DNA of 64,000 nt. Source: Anaerolineales bacterium. Its GTDB lineage: Bacteria > Chloroflexota > Anaerolineae > Anaerolineales > UBA11858. A model generated the notes under the pieces. The model saw nothing but the letters and a program-made list of their open reading frames with translations, was not told where the DNA came from and did not search any database. Of this stretch, positions 1 through 9,345 are shown one piece after another. How positions within the stretch are numbered: the stretch's first letter is position 1; every line of letters begins with the position of its first letter. The stretch spans positions 1,638-65,637 of the forward strand of contig JANTFT010000006.1 of NCBI GenBank assembly GCA_024763275.1, written 5' to 3'. Position numbers and translations under genes: made by a program.

Positions 1-487
1 CTTTGGTGGGGTAGCTGGCATAGGAAAAATGTTTTTCTACAGCACCGGGATCCTGCCAGTCGGGTTTTCCTTTGGCGACGTAAGGGATCAGTTTGGCGTA
101 CAGAGGCAGAATTCTCAAGCGGGGATCGTCGATCTGGTAGGGCGCTGACATGCTCACCAATCCAGCGGCAGGCAGGAAGGAAGCATGATAGAGAGTGAGC
201 GCTCCTCCCATAGACAGGCCGATCAGGAACACCCTCTTGGTGATGGGCCGCAGCAGGTGCCAGCCGTCCAGGATCGAGTTGGACCAGTCCTGCCAGGTAA
301 CCCGGTTCATATCCTCAATGCGGGTACCGTGGCCAGCCAGCCTGATCCCCAGCACACTGTAGCCTTTACCGGCCAAGTATTCGCCCAGCGGGCGCATTTC
401 GGTGGGGGCGCCGGTAAAACCGTGGATCAACAAGCACCCGGTCTGGTTTCCGGGATAATAGAAGGGTTCAGCGTTTTTCACTAACAT
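1..487 (-). CDS. alpha/beta-hydrolase, carboxylesterase/lysophospholipase-like (C-terminus cut by window edge)
   Basis: Absent from the ORF track because it runs off the window. Reverse complement from ATG 487-485 reads MLVKNAEPFYYPGNQTGCLLIHGFTGAPTEMRPLGEYLAGKGYSVLGIRLAGHGTRIEDMNR...VFLIGLSMGGALTLYHA, with an HGF oxyanion motif and a GLSMG nucleophile elbow. Confidence 0.75.
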   Translation of the reverse strand, partial: MLVKNAEPFYYPGNQTGCLLIHGFTGAPTEMRPLGEYLAGKGYSVLGIRLAGHGTRIEDMNRVTWQDWSNSILDGWHLLRPITKRVFLIGLSMGGALTLYHASFLPAAGLVSMSAPYQIDDPRLRILPLYAKLIPYVAKGKPDWQDPGAVEKHFSYASYPTK

Positions 488-530
488 GCTCTGCTCCTGT
501 GGTTTTGATGTGTAATTGCGTCCTAGGAAA

Positions 531-1673
531 TCAGATCATAGAATCGTCCGGCAGCAGCTGGCCGAGTTCTCTGGACAGTTCGGTCAGGGAGCGGCAGCCG
601 TCCTCAGTTATCAGCACATCATCCTCAATCCGCACACCTCCCCGACCGGGAAGGTAGATTCCCGGTTCGATCGTAAAGGTCATCCCAGGTTTGAGGATGG
701 TCTGGTCAAATTCGCTGATGTAAGGTTCTTCATGAGCTTCCCCGCCCAGGCCGTGCCCGGTCCTGTGAGTGAAATAGTCGCCATAGCCGGCCTCGGAGAT
801 CACCTGGCGGACGGCCCGGTCCACCGCGCTGGCCGGTACCCCGGGTTTAGCGGCTTCCCTTCCGGCGGTGTTGGCCTCTGCCACAAACAGGGCGATCTTG
901 TCCAGTTCTGGATGCAGATCCCCCAGGGCGAATACGCGGGTGATGTCCGAGCAGTACCGTTGATAGGCCGCGCCCCAATCGATCAGTACCAGGTCGCCTT
1001 CCTTGAGAACCCGTTCACCAGGAGAGGCATGGGGATTGGCGGAGTTCTCCCCGAAGGAAACGATTGGGAAGAAGGGCAGGGCGGGATCGGAACCCTGGGC
1101 TAGCAGACGGCCGACCAATCGGGCCGCGACTTCCTTTTCGGTCTGCCCCGGCTTGAGGGAGGACAGAATTCCTGTCAGGGCGCATTCTGCGATCCGGACA
1201 GCTTCGCCCATCTTTGCCAGCTCACTCCCGTCCTTGATCATCCTCATCTGGGAGATCAAATCCTGGGCGCTCTCGAATTCCAGATCAGGGGCTGCCGATT
1301 GCAAGTAGTTCAGCTCGAGCACGCGCAGGCGGCGCGGGATCAGGCCAAGCTTTCCACTGCTCAGACCGGCTTCCTGGAGAGCTGCCTGGAATATTCCAAC
1401 CCAGGTTCCAGGATCCTCGTTGAAGAAGAACGGGCGGATCGGGTAAGGGAGATCGTCAACCTTGGCAGATTCCAATTCAGGAAGGATCAGCACCGACGGG
1501 CCATCGCCTGGCAGGATCAAAAGTACCGGCCGTTCCATCAGATGAAATTCCAATCCGCTGAAATAGGTCAGGTCCGGCCCCGGGTTCAAGGCCACAGCCT
1601 GCAGGCCAGCTTTGCCGAGCAGAGCCTGGATTCGTTGCTGACGTTTGAGGTGCTGGTTCTCCGACATGATCAC
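531..1673 (-). CDS. M24B family Xaa-Pro aminopeptidase/dipeptidase
   Basis: 380-aa ORF with a creatinase-like N-domain and the pita-bread metal-ligand pattern (DLVLIDWGA, DITR, HRTGHGLGGEAHEEP, TIEPGIY, GVRIEDDV). Confidence 0.9.
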   Translation of the reverse strand: MIMSENQHLKRQQRIQALLGKAGLQAVALNPGPDLTYFSGLEFHLMERPVLLILPGDGPSVLILPELESAKVDDLPYPIRPFFFNEDPGTWVGIFQAALQEAGLSSGKLGLIPRRLRVLELNYLQSAAPDLEFESAQDLISQMRMIKDGSELAKMGEAVRIAECALTGILSSLKPGQTEKEVAARLVGRLLAQGSDPALPFFPIVSFGENSANPHASPGERVLKEGDLVLIDWGAAYQRYCSDITRVFALGDLHPELDKIALFVAEANTAGREAAKPGVPASAVDRAVRQVISEAGYGDYFTHRTGHGLGGEAHEEPYISEFDQTILKPGMTFTIEPGIYLPGRGGVRIEDDVLITEDGCRSLTELSRELGQLLPDDSMI

Positions 1674-2002
1674 TCCTTTAAAGCCTGCAATTCCCCACTG
1701 CAGGGAATTCCACCTTGGTCAGGTTGAGAGATATTTACCTTATGATAACGTATTTTGAAATCAGCCCCGGGTTGATTTCAGTCAGGCTGGGTCAGGAAGG
1801 ATTCCGTTCTGAAATAAAAGTGAGGACAGCCCCCAGACTCAGGTTGGCGAACTCCCCCAGAAAAACTACCTGATTTGAAAAATATTATGGAGTGATGCGG
1901 TTTCCAATCTCTGTCCGCTGGGGACCTGCGCCAGGATGCGCAGATCTTGAGAGTTAGGATTACTTCCTTTCTTGATATATCCCCCGCAAGAGTGAAGATG
2001 CT

Positions 2003-2431
2003 TCAGCGCTGATTTTCCAGCGTTGAGAAAACCAGCTGTTGGCCGGACCCGGTTTTAAGTACCAATCTGGTCCCCTGGATCTGGTAGGTAGCCGAGGAGC
2101 CCAGAAAGCTCATGATCTCTCTCTCTTGCTCCATGACCCCCTCTGGGTTCAGGCAGGCCATCTCAGTCCAGCCCAGCCCCTCGATCTCGATCCTGCCCCC
2201 GCTGGCCTGATAGTCCGCAAAATAATGGTTACAGCTGGCAGAGCCGCTCACCTGGCCGTCCTCAAACACTGCGGTCATGGTTGAGCCCGGGAGGGGGGCC
2301 TTGCCCCCGTAGCTTTCCAGTACCCAGGCTGTGCCGTCCAGGTCTTTCCTGGACCGGGGCAGCAAGCTGCATCCGCTCAGGATCACGACTGCTGTGATGG
2401 CTATCAAAATCAAAATCAGTTTTTCCTTCAT
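2003..2431 (-). CDS. META-domain (HslJ-like) lipoprotein
   Basis: Lipobox signal MKEKLILILIAITAVVILSGCS. META-like strings WVLESYGG and SGSASCNHYFADYQ. Confidence 0.7.
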   Translation of the reverse strand: MKEKLILILIAITAVVILSGCSLLPRSRKDLDGTAWVLESYGGKAPLPGSTMTAVFEDGQVSGSASCNHYFADYQASGGRIEIEGLGWTEMACLNPEGVMEQEREIMSFLGSSATYQIQGTRLVLKTGSGQQLVFSTLENQR

Positions 2432-2598
2432 GTTATCCTCCTCTATGAACTGCTGAAAAATAGACGCCTGAAGATTATCAGAAGTTCCCTGTCATCCCGG
2501 CGATGCATGTTTCCTGCCTGAAAGGGATTCTAACATCAGGGCGATATCAATCTGGTTGGGGTATATAATTTATCAGTAGGTTTGGATGCAGGGAGGTC

Positions 2599-3555
2599 GT
2601 GATGCGCAAATTTATCTGGTGGAAGTGGGTCGGAGGGATAGGACTGGGAATCGCCCTGCTGCTGGGGGCGGTGTATCTGATCCTGCGAACCGAGCACCTG
2701 GAGCTGGACAGGGATGCCCGGCTGTCAGCGCCGGGGGATTTTGTCGATCTGTCTGGAGGAGCTGTTCACTACCAGCTGAGGGGACCATCCCAGGCCCCTC
2801 TGGTCGTGCTGGTCCATGGGTTCTCCGTGCCCCTGTATGTCTGGGAGCCCACGGCTTCTGCTCTGGAAGAAGCCGGATACCGAGTACTGAGCTATGACCT
2901 TTATGGACGGGGATATTCCGCCCGTCCGGTGGCTGAATATGACCTCGATCTGTTCGACACCCAGCTGGAAGAGCTGCTCGCGGCCCTGGACATCGAGGGG
3001 CCCTTTACCCTTGCCGGCCTGTCGCTGGGAGGCCCTGTTGCCACCCATTATGCCCGCACCCATCGCGACCAGATAAATGGAGTGATCCTGATCGCTCCCG
3101 AGGTCAGCCAGGTCCAGACCGGGGAGATCTTCCCGCTGAATCTGCCGCTGGTGGGCGAATACCTGATGTCCGCGGTGATGGAGCCCCTGGTTCTGCCCGG
3201 CCTGCAGACGGCTGATTTCCTCCACCCTGAAAGCTACCCGGATTGGGAAGCCCGCTACCGGGTCCAGCTCCAGTACCGGGGCACCGGCCGGGCCCTGCTG
3301 TCTACCATCCGCCATTTGACCGAATTGGATCCAGCAATAGAGTATCAGGGCCTGCGAGAAACTGGGCTTCCGGTGCTGCTGGTTTGGGGGAAAGAGGACC
3401 AGACCATCTCCGCCGGGGATATCGAAACCCTGCAGGATCTCCTGCCAGATCTGGAGCTGCTGGTGGTAGAAAACGCCGGCCATCTGCCCCATATTGAGAG
3501 GGCGGATCTCATCAATCCACGGATCATAGAGTTCCTTCAGGAAATTACCCGCTGA
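2599..3555 (+). CDS. alpha/beta-fold hydrolase with N-terminal TM anchor
   Basis: 318 aa. VLVHGFS oxyanion region, GLSLGG nucleophile elbow, and C-terminal ENAGHLPHIE with the catalytic His. Confidence 0.85.
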   Translation: MMRKFIWWKWVGGIGLGIALLLGAVYLILRTEHLELDRDARLSAPGDFVDLSGGAVHYQLRGPSQAPLVVLVHGFSVPLYVWEPTASALEEAGYRVLSYDLYGRGYSARPVAEYDLDLFDTQLEELLAALDIEGPFTLAGLSLGGPVATHYARTHRDQINGVILIAPEVSQVQTGEIFPLNLPLVGEYLMSAVMEPLVLPGLQTADFLHPESYPDWEARYRVQLQYRGTGRALLSTIRHLTELDPAIEYQGLRETGLPVLLVWGKEDQTISAGDIETLQDLLPDLELLVVENAGHLPHIERADLINPRIIEFLQEITR

Positions 3556-3615
3556 CACCCGCCCTGCGGCTTGACATTGACCGGGGCGTCAACTACAATG
3601 TTGAGGCAAAAAGAT

Positions 3616-3688
3616 GGGCCTGTAGCGCAGTTGGGAGCGCGCATCAATCGCACTGATGAGGTCGCGGGTTCGAATCCCGCCAGGTCCA
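3616..3688 (+). tRNA. tRNA-Ala (anticodon CGC)
   Basis: Manual cloverleaf: acceptor GGGCCTG/CAGGTCC with G3:U70, D arm GCGC-AGTTGGGA-GCGC, anticodon arm CATCA-ATCGCAC-TGATG, T arm GCGGG-TTCGAAT-CCCGC. CCA is not encoded. Confidence 0.9.
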
Positions 3689-3738
3689 CTCGGTTGACTT
3701 AGCCGCCAGAAGCGAGTAAAATAAGCCCTTACAGACCT

Positions 3739-3811
3739 GGGCCCATGGCGCAGTTGGGAGCGCGTCTCAATGGCATTGAGAAGGTCGTGGGTTCGAATCC
3801 CACTGGGTCCA
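3739..3811 (+). tRNA. tRNA-Ala (anticodon GGC)
   Basis: Manual cloverleaf: acceptor GGGCCCA/TGGGTCC with G3:U70, anticodon arm TCTCA-ATGGCAT-TGAGA, T arm GTGGG-TTCGAAT-CCCAC. Confidence 0.9.
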
Positions 3812-3854
3812 CTGACAGGCACTTCCTCCGGGAAGTGCTCTATATTCAAAATCG

Positions 3855-4098
3855 GGAGTAGTAGGCTATCTGCCAGAGAGGTGAAATCAGCGGCTGAGAG
3901 TTTCACCAGGGGCGCCCGCAGAGCGCCTGAAGGCCGAACTCGTCCGGCACAGGAAACTGTGGATCTGTCCCGGAAACCAAGTAAGGGACAGCGGGTCCTC
4001 CCGATACAGAGGCCCCAAGAGGTGGTGCCTGGCATCACAAGCAGGGTGGTACCGCGGAGAAACCCTTCGTCCCTGGCCGGCGGAGGATTTTTATTTTA
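3855..4098 (+). promoter_or_regulatory. T-box leader (tRNA-sensing riboswitch) of leuS
   Basis: GGGTGGTACCGCG at 4044-4056 matches the invariant T-box core. AGAGAG bulge-like element at 3875-3880. CTC (Leu) at 3939-3941 in a GAACTCG context is a candidate specifier. A GC-rich 3' hairpin region is followed by a T-run at 4088-4097, just upstream of leuS. Confidence 0.75.
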
Positions 4099-4146
4099 AT
4101 GAGGTATGGCAATTATCTGAGAGCGGTTGATAGCAAGGGAGTGTGA

Positions 4147-6615
4147 TTGATGACAAGGGAATACAATCCTGGCGAAATTGAGCCCAAATGGCAGAAAAAA
4201 TGGGATGAGGATGGAATTTACAACGCAGACATCGATGAATCCCGGCAGAAGTTCTATGCTCTGACCATGCTACCCTATCCCTCGGGGGATCTACACATCG
4301 GTCACTGGTACGCCATGGCTCCCTCGGACGCTCGAGCCCGCTTCAAGCGCATGCAGGGTTACAATGTCATGTTCCCGATGGGATTTGACGCTTTTGGCCT
4401 GCCAGCTGAGAATGCTGCCATCTCTCGCGGGATCCATCCCAAGGAATGGACTTACGGGAATATCGAGCGCATGCGCCAGCAGCTGCGCAGCATGGGAACG
4501 ATGATCGATTGGCGCCGGGAAGCGATCTCGGCTGACCCGGAGTATTACCGCTGGACCCAGTGGTTCTTCATCCAGCTCTATAAGCACGATCTGGCCTACC
4601 GCAAGCTCTCCCCGGTGGACTGGTGTCCCCAGTGCAATACCACCCTGGCCAGGGAGCAGGTCCACGGCGATGACCGCCACTGCGAGCGCTGCGGAACCCC
4701 GGTGATCAAGAAGGACCTGGAGCAGTGGTTCTTCAAAACCACCACTTATGCCGATGAGCTGATCAACTTCTCCCACATCGACTGGCCGGACCGGGTCCGC
4801 ACCCTGCAGACCAACTGGGTGGGGCGCTCAGAAGGTGCCGACGTGTTCTTCAAGACCGAGGACGGCGCTGACCTGACTGTCTTCACCACCCGGCCTGACA
4901 CGCTGTGGGGGGCAACCTTTATGGTGTTAGCTCCCGAACATCCTCTGGTGGAAACGGTCACTGTTCCTGAATATGTGGAAGCGGTTCGAGCTTATCAGGC
5001 AGAAGCGGCCGGTAAAACCGAGATCCAGCGGGCCGCGGCCGACAAGGAAAAGACCGGCGTGTTCACCGGCGGCTACGCAGTTAATCCGGTCAACGGCGCC
5101 CGGATCCCGATCTGGATCGCTGATTACGTGATGATGGGCTATGGGTATGGGGCCATTATGGCTGTGCCCGCCCACGACGAGCGCGACTTCGCCTTCGCCC
5201 GCCAGTATGGTTTGGAGATCATTCCTGTCATCCAGCCGGAAGGAGAGCAGCTTGACGGGGCGATCATGACAGAGGCTTATGTCGGTCCCGGGAAGATGAT
5301 CAACAGCGACCAGTTCGACGGCACGGAAGTGACCGACGACAAAGGAAGGAAGAATCCTGGGCTGGCGAAGGTGATCGACTGGCTGGAAAAGGAAGGGCTG
5401 GGGAAGGAAGCGGTCAGCTACAAGCTGCGCGACTGGTTGATCTCACGCCAGCGCTACTGGGGTGCGCCCATTCCCATGGTCCGCTGCGACGACTGCGGCT
5501 GGAATCCGGTGCCGGATGAGGAGCTGCCGGTGCTGCTGCCGGACGATGTCGAGTGGCTTCCTACCGGGGAGAGCCCACTCAAGCTGCATCCTACCTGGAA
5601 GGACACCACCTGCCCGGTTTGCGGAAAGCCGGCTGTTCGGGAAACCGACACCATGGATACCTTCATGTGCTCCTCCTGGTATCACCTGCGCTACCTGAGC
5701 CCGGATTATGATCAGGGTCCCTTTGATCCGAAGGAATATGATTACTGGATGCCTGTGGACACTTACACAGGGGGCATCGAGCACGCCAATATGCATTTGA
5801 TCTACACCCGCTTTTTCCACAAGGCCCTGCGCGATATGGGGATCACGGAAGGCCATGAACCAATGCTGCAGCTGCGCAACCAGGGCATGGTGCTGGGCGA
5901 GGATGGAGAGAAGATGTCCAAGAGCCGCGGCAACGTGGTTGCCCCGGATGACCTGGTCAGACAGTACGGGGCGGACACTGTGCGGGGCTACCTGATGTTC
6001 TTCGCCCGCTGGGACCTGGGCGGTCCCTGGAACAGCCAAGGCATAGCCGGAACCGAGCGCTGGTTGAAGAGGGTTTGGGCCCTGTTCACGGAAACGCCCG
6101 AGGAGGGGCAGGCTGGGGAAGAGGTTATCAAGGGTGCCAAGCAGGCTCTCCACGCTGCCCTGGACCGCATTACCCGCGATTATGAGCGCTTTGAGTTCAA
6201 TACCATCATCTCCTCACTGATGGAGCTGCTCAACGATCTCTATGAGGCCCGCAGGAAGGGGGCCGGGAACCATCCCGATTGGCCTGGGATCCTGGAGACC
6301 TATACCCTGATGATGGCCCCAGCGGTGCCGCATATCGCTGAGGAGCTGTGGAGCGAGGTGCTGGGAAAGCCTTATTCCGTGCATGACCAGGCCTGGCCAG
6401 AGGTCGACCCCCAGATGCTGGTCAAGGAGCAAATCACCCTGATCGTGCAGGTCAACGGCAAGCTCCGCGACCGCATCACTGTGCCGGCCGGTATCAGTGA
6501 AGCGGAGGCAGAGAAAACCGCCCTGGCCAGCCCCGGCGCGGCCCCCTATCTGGAAGGGAAGGAGATCCGCAAGGTGGTCGTGGTCCCGGGCCGATTGGTG
6601 AACATTGTGGTCTAG
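4147..6615 (+). CDS. leuS: leucine--tRNA ligase
   Basis: 822 aa. HIGH-type motif (PYPSGDLHIGH), KMSKS motif, CP1 editing-domain strings (TTRPDTLWGATFMVLAPEHP). Start is TTG 4147 or ATG 4150. Confidence 0.97.
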   Translation: MMTREYNPGEIEPKWQKKWDEDGIYNADIDESRQKFYALTMLPYPSGDLHIGHWYAMAPSDARARFKRMQGYNVMFPMGFDAFGLPAENAAISRGIHPKEWTYGNIERMRQQLRSMGTMIDWRREAISADPEYYRWTQWFFIQLYKHDLAYRKLSPVDWCPQCNTTLAREQVHGDDRHCERCGTPVIKKDLEQWFFKTTTYADELINFSHIDWPDRVRTLQTNWVGRSEGADVFFKTEDGADLTVFTTRPDTLWGATFMVLAPEHPLVETVTVPEYVEAVRAYQAEAAGKTEIQRAAADKEKTGVFTGGYAVNPVNGARIPIWIADYVMMGYGYGAIMAVPAHDERDFAFARQYGLEIIPVIQPEGEQLDGAIMTEAYVGPGKMINSDQFDGTEVTDDKGRKNPGLAKVIDWLEKEGLGKEAVSYKLRDWLISRQRYWGAPIPMVRCDDCGWNPVPDEELPVLLPDDVEWLPTGESPLKLHPTWKDTTCPVCGKPAVRETDTMDTFMCSSWYHLRYLSPDYDQGPFDPKEYDYWMPVDTYTGGIEHANMHLIYTRFFHKALRDMGITEGHEPMLQLRNQGMVLGEDGEKMSKSRGNVVAPDDLVRQYGADTVRGYLMFFARWDLGGPWNSQGIAGTERWLKRVWALFTETPEEGQAGEEVIKGAKQALHAALDRITRDYERFEFNTIISSLMELLNDLYEARRKGAGNHPDWPGILETYTLMMAPAVPHIAEELWSEVLGKPYSVHDQAWPEVDPQMLVKEQITLIVQVNGKLRDRITVPAGISEAEAEKTALASPGAAPYLEGKEIRKVVVVPGRLVNIVV

Positions 6616-6641
6616 GACGTAGGAACGAAAAACCATCCTTA

Positions 6642-6674
6642 AAACAGCCGCGGGGTTGAGCCCCACGGCTGTTT
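6642..6674 (+). terminator. hairpin downstream of leuS (possible intrinsic terminator)
   Basis: AAACAGCCGCGGGG-TTGAG-CCCCACGGCTGTTT, a 14-bp stem with one mismatch. The trailing T-tract is short. Confidence 0.5.
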
Positions 6675-6792
6675 GCGTATAGGCAACAAGAGATCCTACG
6701 GGGGGTTTCCCCGGGCCCGTTTGGAAAGAAAGAATGGGGTATACTTAGAATGGTAGCACCCAATTGAAAATGCACTCTCAAGGAGTCAGAAT

Positions 6793-7182
6793 ATGGGGAA
6801 TAAAAAGGAAATAGTGGTTGCTGAAAAAGCCCCCATGGCCATAGGTCCTTACTCAGCGGCTGTCAGGGCCGGTCAGTTCCTGTTCAGCGCTGGACAGCTG
6901 GGAATCGATCCGGCCAGCGGAGAGTTTGTCCCGGGTGGAATTGAGGATCAGACCCGCCAGGCCCTCCTGAATTTGCAAGCAGTCCTGGAAGCAGGGGGAT
7001 CCTCTCTGGAAGGAGTGGTCAAAACCACCGTATTTCTGAACAATATGGATGATTTTGCGGCTATGAACGGGGTCTATGGTGAGTTCTTCACGGAAAACTA
7101 CCCGGCCCGCTCCGCTGTCCAGGCGGCCAGACTGCCCAAAGGCGGCCTGGTGGAGATCGAAGCCGTAGCCCTGCTGGATTGA
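6793..7182 (+). CDS. ridA: RidA/YjgF/TdcF-family reactive-intermediate deaminase
   Basis: 129 aa. APMAIGPYSAAV, TTVFL..M.DF..MN.VY, PARSAVQAARLPKGGLVEIEAVA. Confidence 0.9.
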   Translation: MGNKKEIVVAEKAPMAIGPYSAAVRAGQFLFSAGQLGIDPASGEFVPGGIEDQTRQALLNLQAVLEAGGSSLEGVVKTTVFLNNMDDFAAMNGVYGEFFTENYPARSAVQAARLPKGGLVEIEAVALLD

Positions 7183-7203
7183 TATTTCTGCCTGATTTCC
7201 CCT

Positions 7204-7887
7204 ATGAGCGGCGAACTGATCCTCCTGGTAGATGACGAACCCAATATCATTGAACTGGCCCAGCTCTATCTGGAGCGGGAGGGATTCAAGATTATCGCGG
7301 CCAGCGATGGCAGAGCTGCCCTGGAGGCGGTTGAGCGGGAGCACCCCGCCCTGATGGTCCTGGACCTGATGCTGCCAGAAATCGACGGCCTGGAAGTCTG
7401 CCGGACTCTGCGGGGCAGGGGTGACCCGGTGGCTATATTGATGTTAACCGCCCGCGATGAGGACATCGACAAGATCCTCGGCCTGGAGCTGGGAGCCGAC
7501 GATTATCTCACCAAACCCTTCAATCCCCGCGAGCTGGTCGCTCGGGTCAAAGCCGTTCTGCGCCGGGGAGGATCGGGAACGGCTCCCCAGGAGGGAGAGC
7601 CTATCAAGATCGCTGACCTAGAGGTCGATCCCCTGCGGCGGGAGGTTCGCGTGGGTGGAGAGCTGATCGAGACCCGCACCCAGGAATTTGACCTGCTCTA
7701 CACCCTGGCCAGGCATCCCGGCATCGTGCTTTCCCGGGATCAGCTCCTGGACCAGGCCTGGGGCTATGACTACTACGGCAATACCCGGACGGTCGATGTA
7801 CATATCGGACACCTGCGCCGGAAGTTGGCCGATTCCCGGGTGAGTATCGAGACAGTTACCAAGGTGGGATACAAATTGATCCCGTGA
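7204..7887 (+). CDS. OmpR/PhoB-family response regulator
   Basis: Receiver domain (LLVDDEP, MVLDLMLPEIDG, LTARD, KPF) plus a winged-helix output domain (FDLLYTLARHPG..VDVHIGHLRRKL). Confidence 0.92.
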   Translation: MSGELILLVDDEPNIIELAQLYLEREGFKIIAASDGRAALEAVEREHPALMVLDLMLPEIDGLEVCRTLRGRGDPVAILMLTARDEDIDKILGLELGADDYLTKPFNPRELVARVKAVLRRGGSGTAPQEGEPIKIADLEVDPLRREVRVGGELIETRTQEFDLLYTLARHPGIVLSRDQLLDQAWGYDYYGNTRTVDVHIGHLRRKLADSRVSIETVTKVGYKLIP

Positions 7888-7906
7888 GTGTCCGGGATCT
7901 AGGATT

Positions 7907-9340
7907 ATGTTCACTTCTCTGCGCGCCCGGCTGTGGCTGACTTATGCGCTGCTGATCATCCTGATCATCAGCATTCTAGGGGTGGGGATACTGGTCTATA
8001 TCGTCCGCAATCCTCTGGTCGACCGCCAGGCGCTGGCCCGTCTGGATGCCGCCATGCAGCTGATCAGGCGCCAGCTCAATGATCGCTCCTTGATTCCCCG
8101 CGAACGACAGCTTCTCTTCCAGCGCCTCAGCGATTCCCTGGAGATCCGCGTGATCCTGTATGATGTTGACCGGGAGCCAGTATTGGACTCCCAGCCGGAT
8201 TCCCCCCGGATCAGCTGGCCAGAAGCGGACTCCGAACCTGCCCTCAAAGGCCAGATCACTGACCAGGAGGGAAAATCCTGGCTGTACAGTTCCTGGCCGC
8301 TGGATAGCGGGGATGTCCTGGTGCTGGCCCTGCCGCGCCGGGGCGGCCTGCAGCTACTGAGCAGCCCTTTCCTGCGTGAAACCCTCCGGGAGGATTTTCT
8401 GCCCACTTTTCTGCGGGCAGGGCTGGTGGCTCTGGTGGTGGCATTGATCTTCGCGGCCTGGATGGGCAGCTGGATCGCCAGCCCCCTCCAGGAGATGGAA
8501 AAAGCTGTCCGCACCCTGCCTGAAGGGGAGTACCAGCAAATTCCCATCACCGGCCCCGATGAGGTCAGAGCACTGGCTGGAGCGTACAACGAAATGTTGG
8601 AGAAGGTGCGGGCTACCCAGCAATCCCAGCGTGATTTTGTCGCCAATGTATCCCACGAGCTGAAAACGCCCTTGACGTCCATCCAGGGCTTTTCTGGTGC
8701 CATCCTGGACGGTACGGTAGAAGGAGGTCCAGCTCTCCGCAGGGCAGCCGGGATCATCAAGACTGAAGCGGACCGCATGTACCGATTGGTGGTGGATCTT
8801 TTAGACCTGGCGCGTTTTGATGCCGGGACGGTCACGCTGGACAGGCAGGTAGTGGACCTGGAAGCCCTGCTCCGGCGGGTCGAAAGCCAGCTCATTCCCC
8901 AGGCAGCGGAAGCGCAGGTCAAGCTCAAAGTGAACATTGGATCCCTGCCCACCTGCGTGGGCGATGAGGACCGCCTTTCCCAGGTGTTCACCAATCTGGT
9001 CGACAATGCCCTCAACCATACCCCGCCTGGAGGTTTTGTGCAGCTGACAGCCAGGAGTGGGGGGGGAATGGCCCGGATTGAGGTAATCGACAGCGGAGAG
9101 GGTATCCCCGAGGAGCATCTGCCGCGCATCTTCGAGCGCTTTTACAAGGTGGATGGCTCCCGGAAAAAAGAAAGGACACCTGGTACCGGTCTGGGTTTGG
9201 CCATCGCCCGGCAGATCGTCGAGGCTCATGGTGGGGAGATCTCCGTGCGCAGCATTGTAGGAGAGGGTACAGCCTTTGAGGTGATCCTTCCAGTGGTCAG
9301 ATCAGACGACCGCACTGTGGCGGTTGAGAGGAAGAGCTGA
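7907..9340 (+). CDS. membrane sensor histidine kinase (HAMP-HisKA-HATPase)
   Basis: Two TM segments, H-box FVANVSHELKTPLTSIQGF, N-box LVDNALNHTP, G-boxes DSGEGIP and GTGLGLAIA. Adjacent to the response regulator. Confidence 0.92.
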   Translation: MFTSLRARLWLTYALLIILIISILGVGILVYIVRNPLVDRQALARLDAAMQLIRRQLNDRSLIPRERQLLFQRLSDSLEIRVILYDVDREPVLDSQPDSPRISWPEADSEPALKGQITDQEGKSWLYSSWPLDSGDVLVLALPRRGGLQLLSSPFLRETLREDFLPTFLRAGLVALVVALIFAAWMGSWIASPLQEMEKAVRTLPEGEYQQIPITGPDEVRALAGAYNEMLEKVRATQQSQRDFVANVSHELKTPLTSIQGFSGAILDGTVEGGPALRRAAGIIKTEADRMYRLVVDLLDLARFDAGTVTLDRQVVDLEALLRRVESQLIPQAAEAQVKLKVNIGSLPTCVGDEDRLSQVFTNLVDNALNHTPPGGFVQLTARSGGGMARIEVIDSGEGIPEEHLPRIFERFYKVDGSRKKERTPGTGLGLAIARQIVEAHGGEISVRSIVGEGTAFEVILPVVRSDDRTVAVERKS

Positions 9341-9345
9341 CACCC

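Noticed and set aside
185-484. 99-aa + strand ORF at the left edge
   Set aside because: It lies entirely antisense to a much better-supported esterase gene that reads through to the window edge (HGF and GLSMG motifs). The composition is typical of a high-GC shadow frame.
3589-4099. ORFs 3589-4038 (-) and 3770-4099 (+)
   Set aside because: They overlap two well-folded tRNA-Ala genes and the T-box leader. The translations are Arg/Pro/Ser-rich with no motifs.
7996-9129. 377-aa minus-strand ORF
   Set aside because: Antisense to the histidine kinase, which has all H/N/G boxes. The product is extremely Arg/Ser-rich, typical of GC-rich antisense frames.
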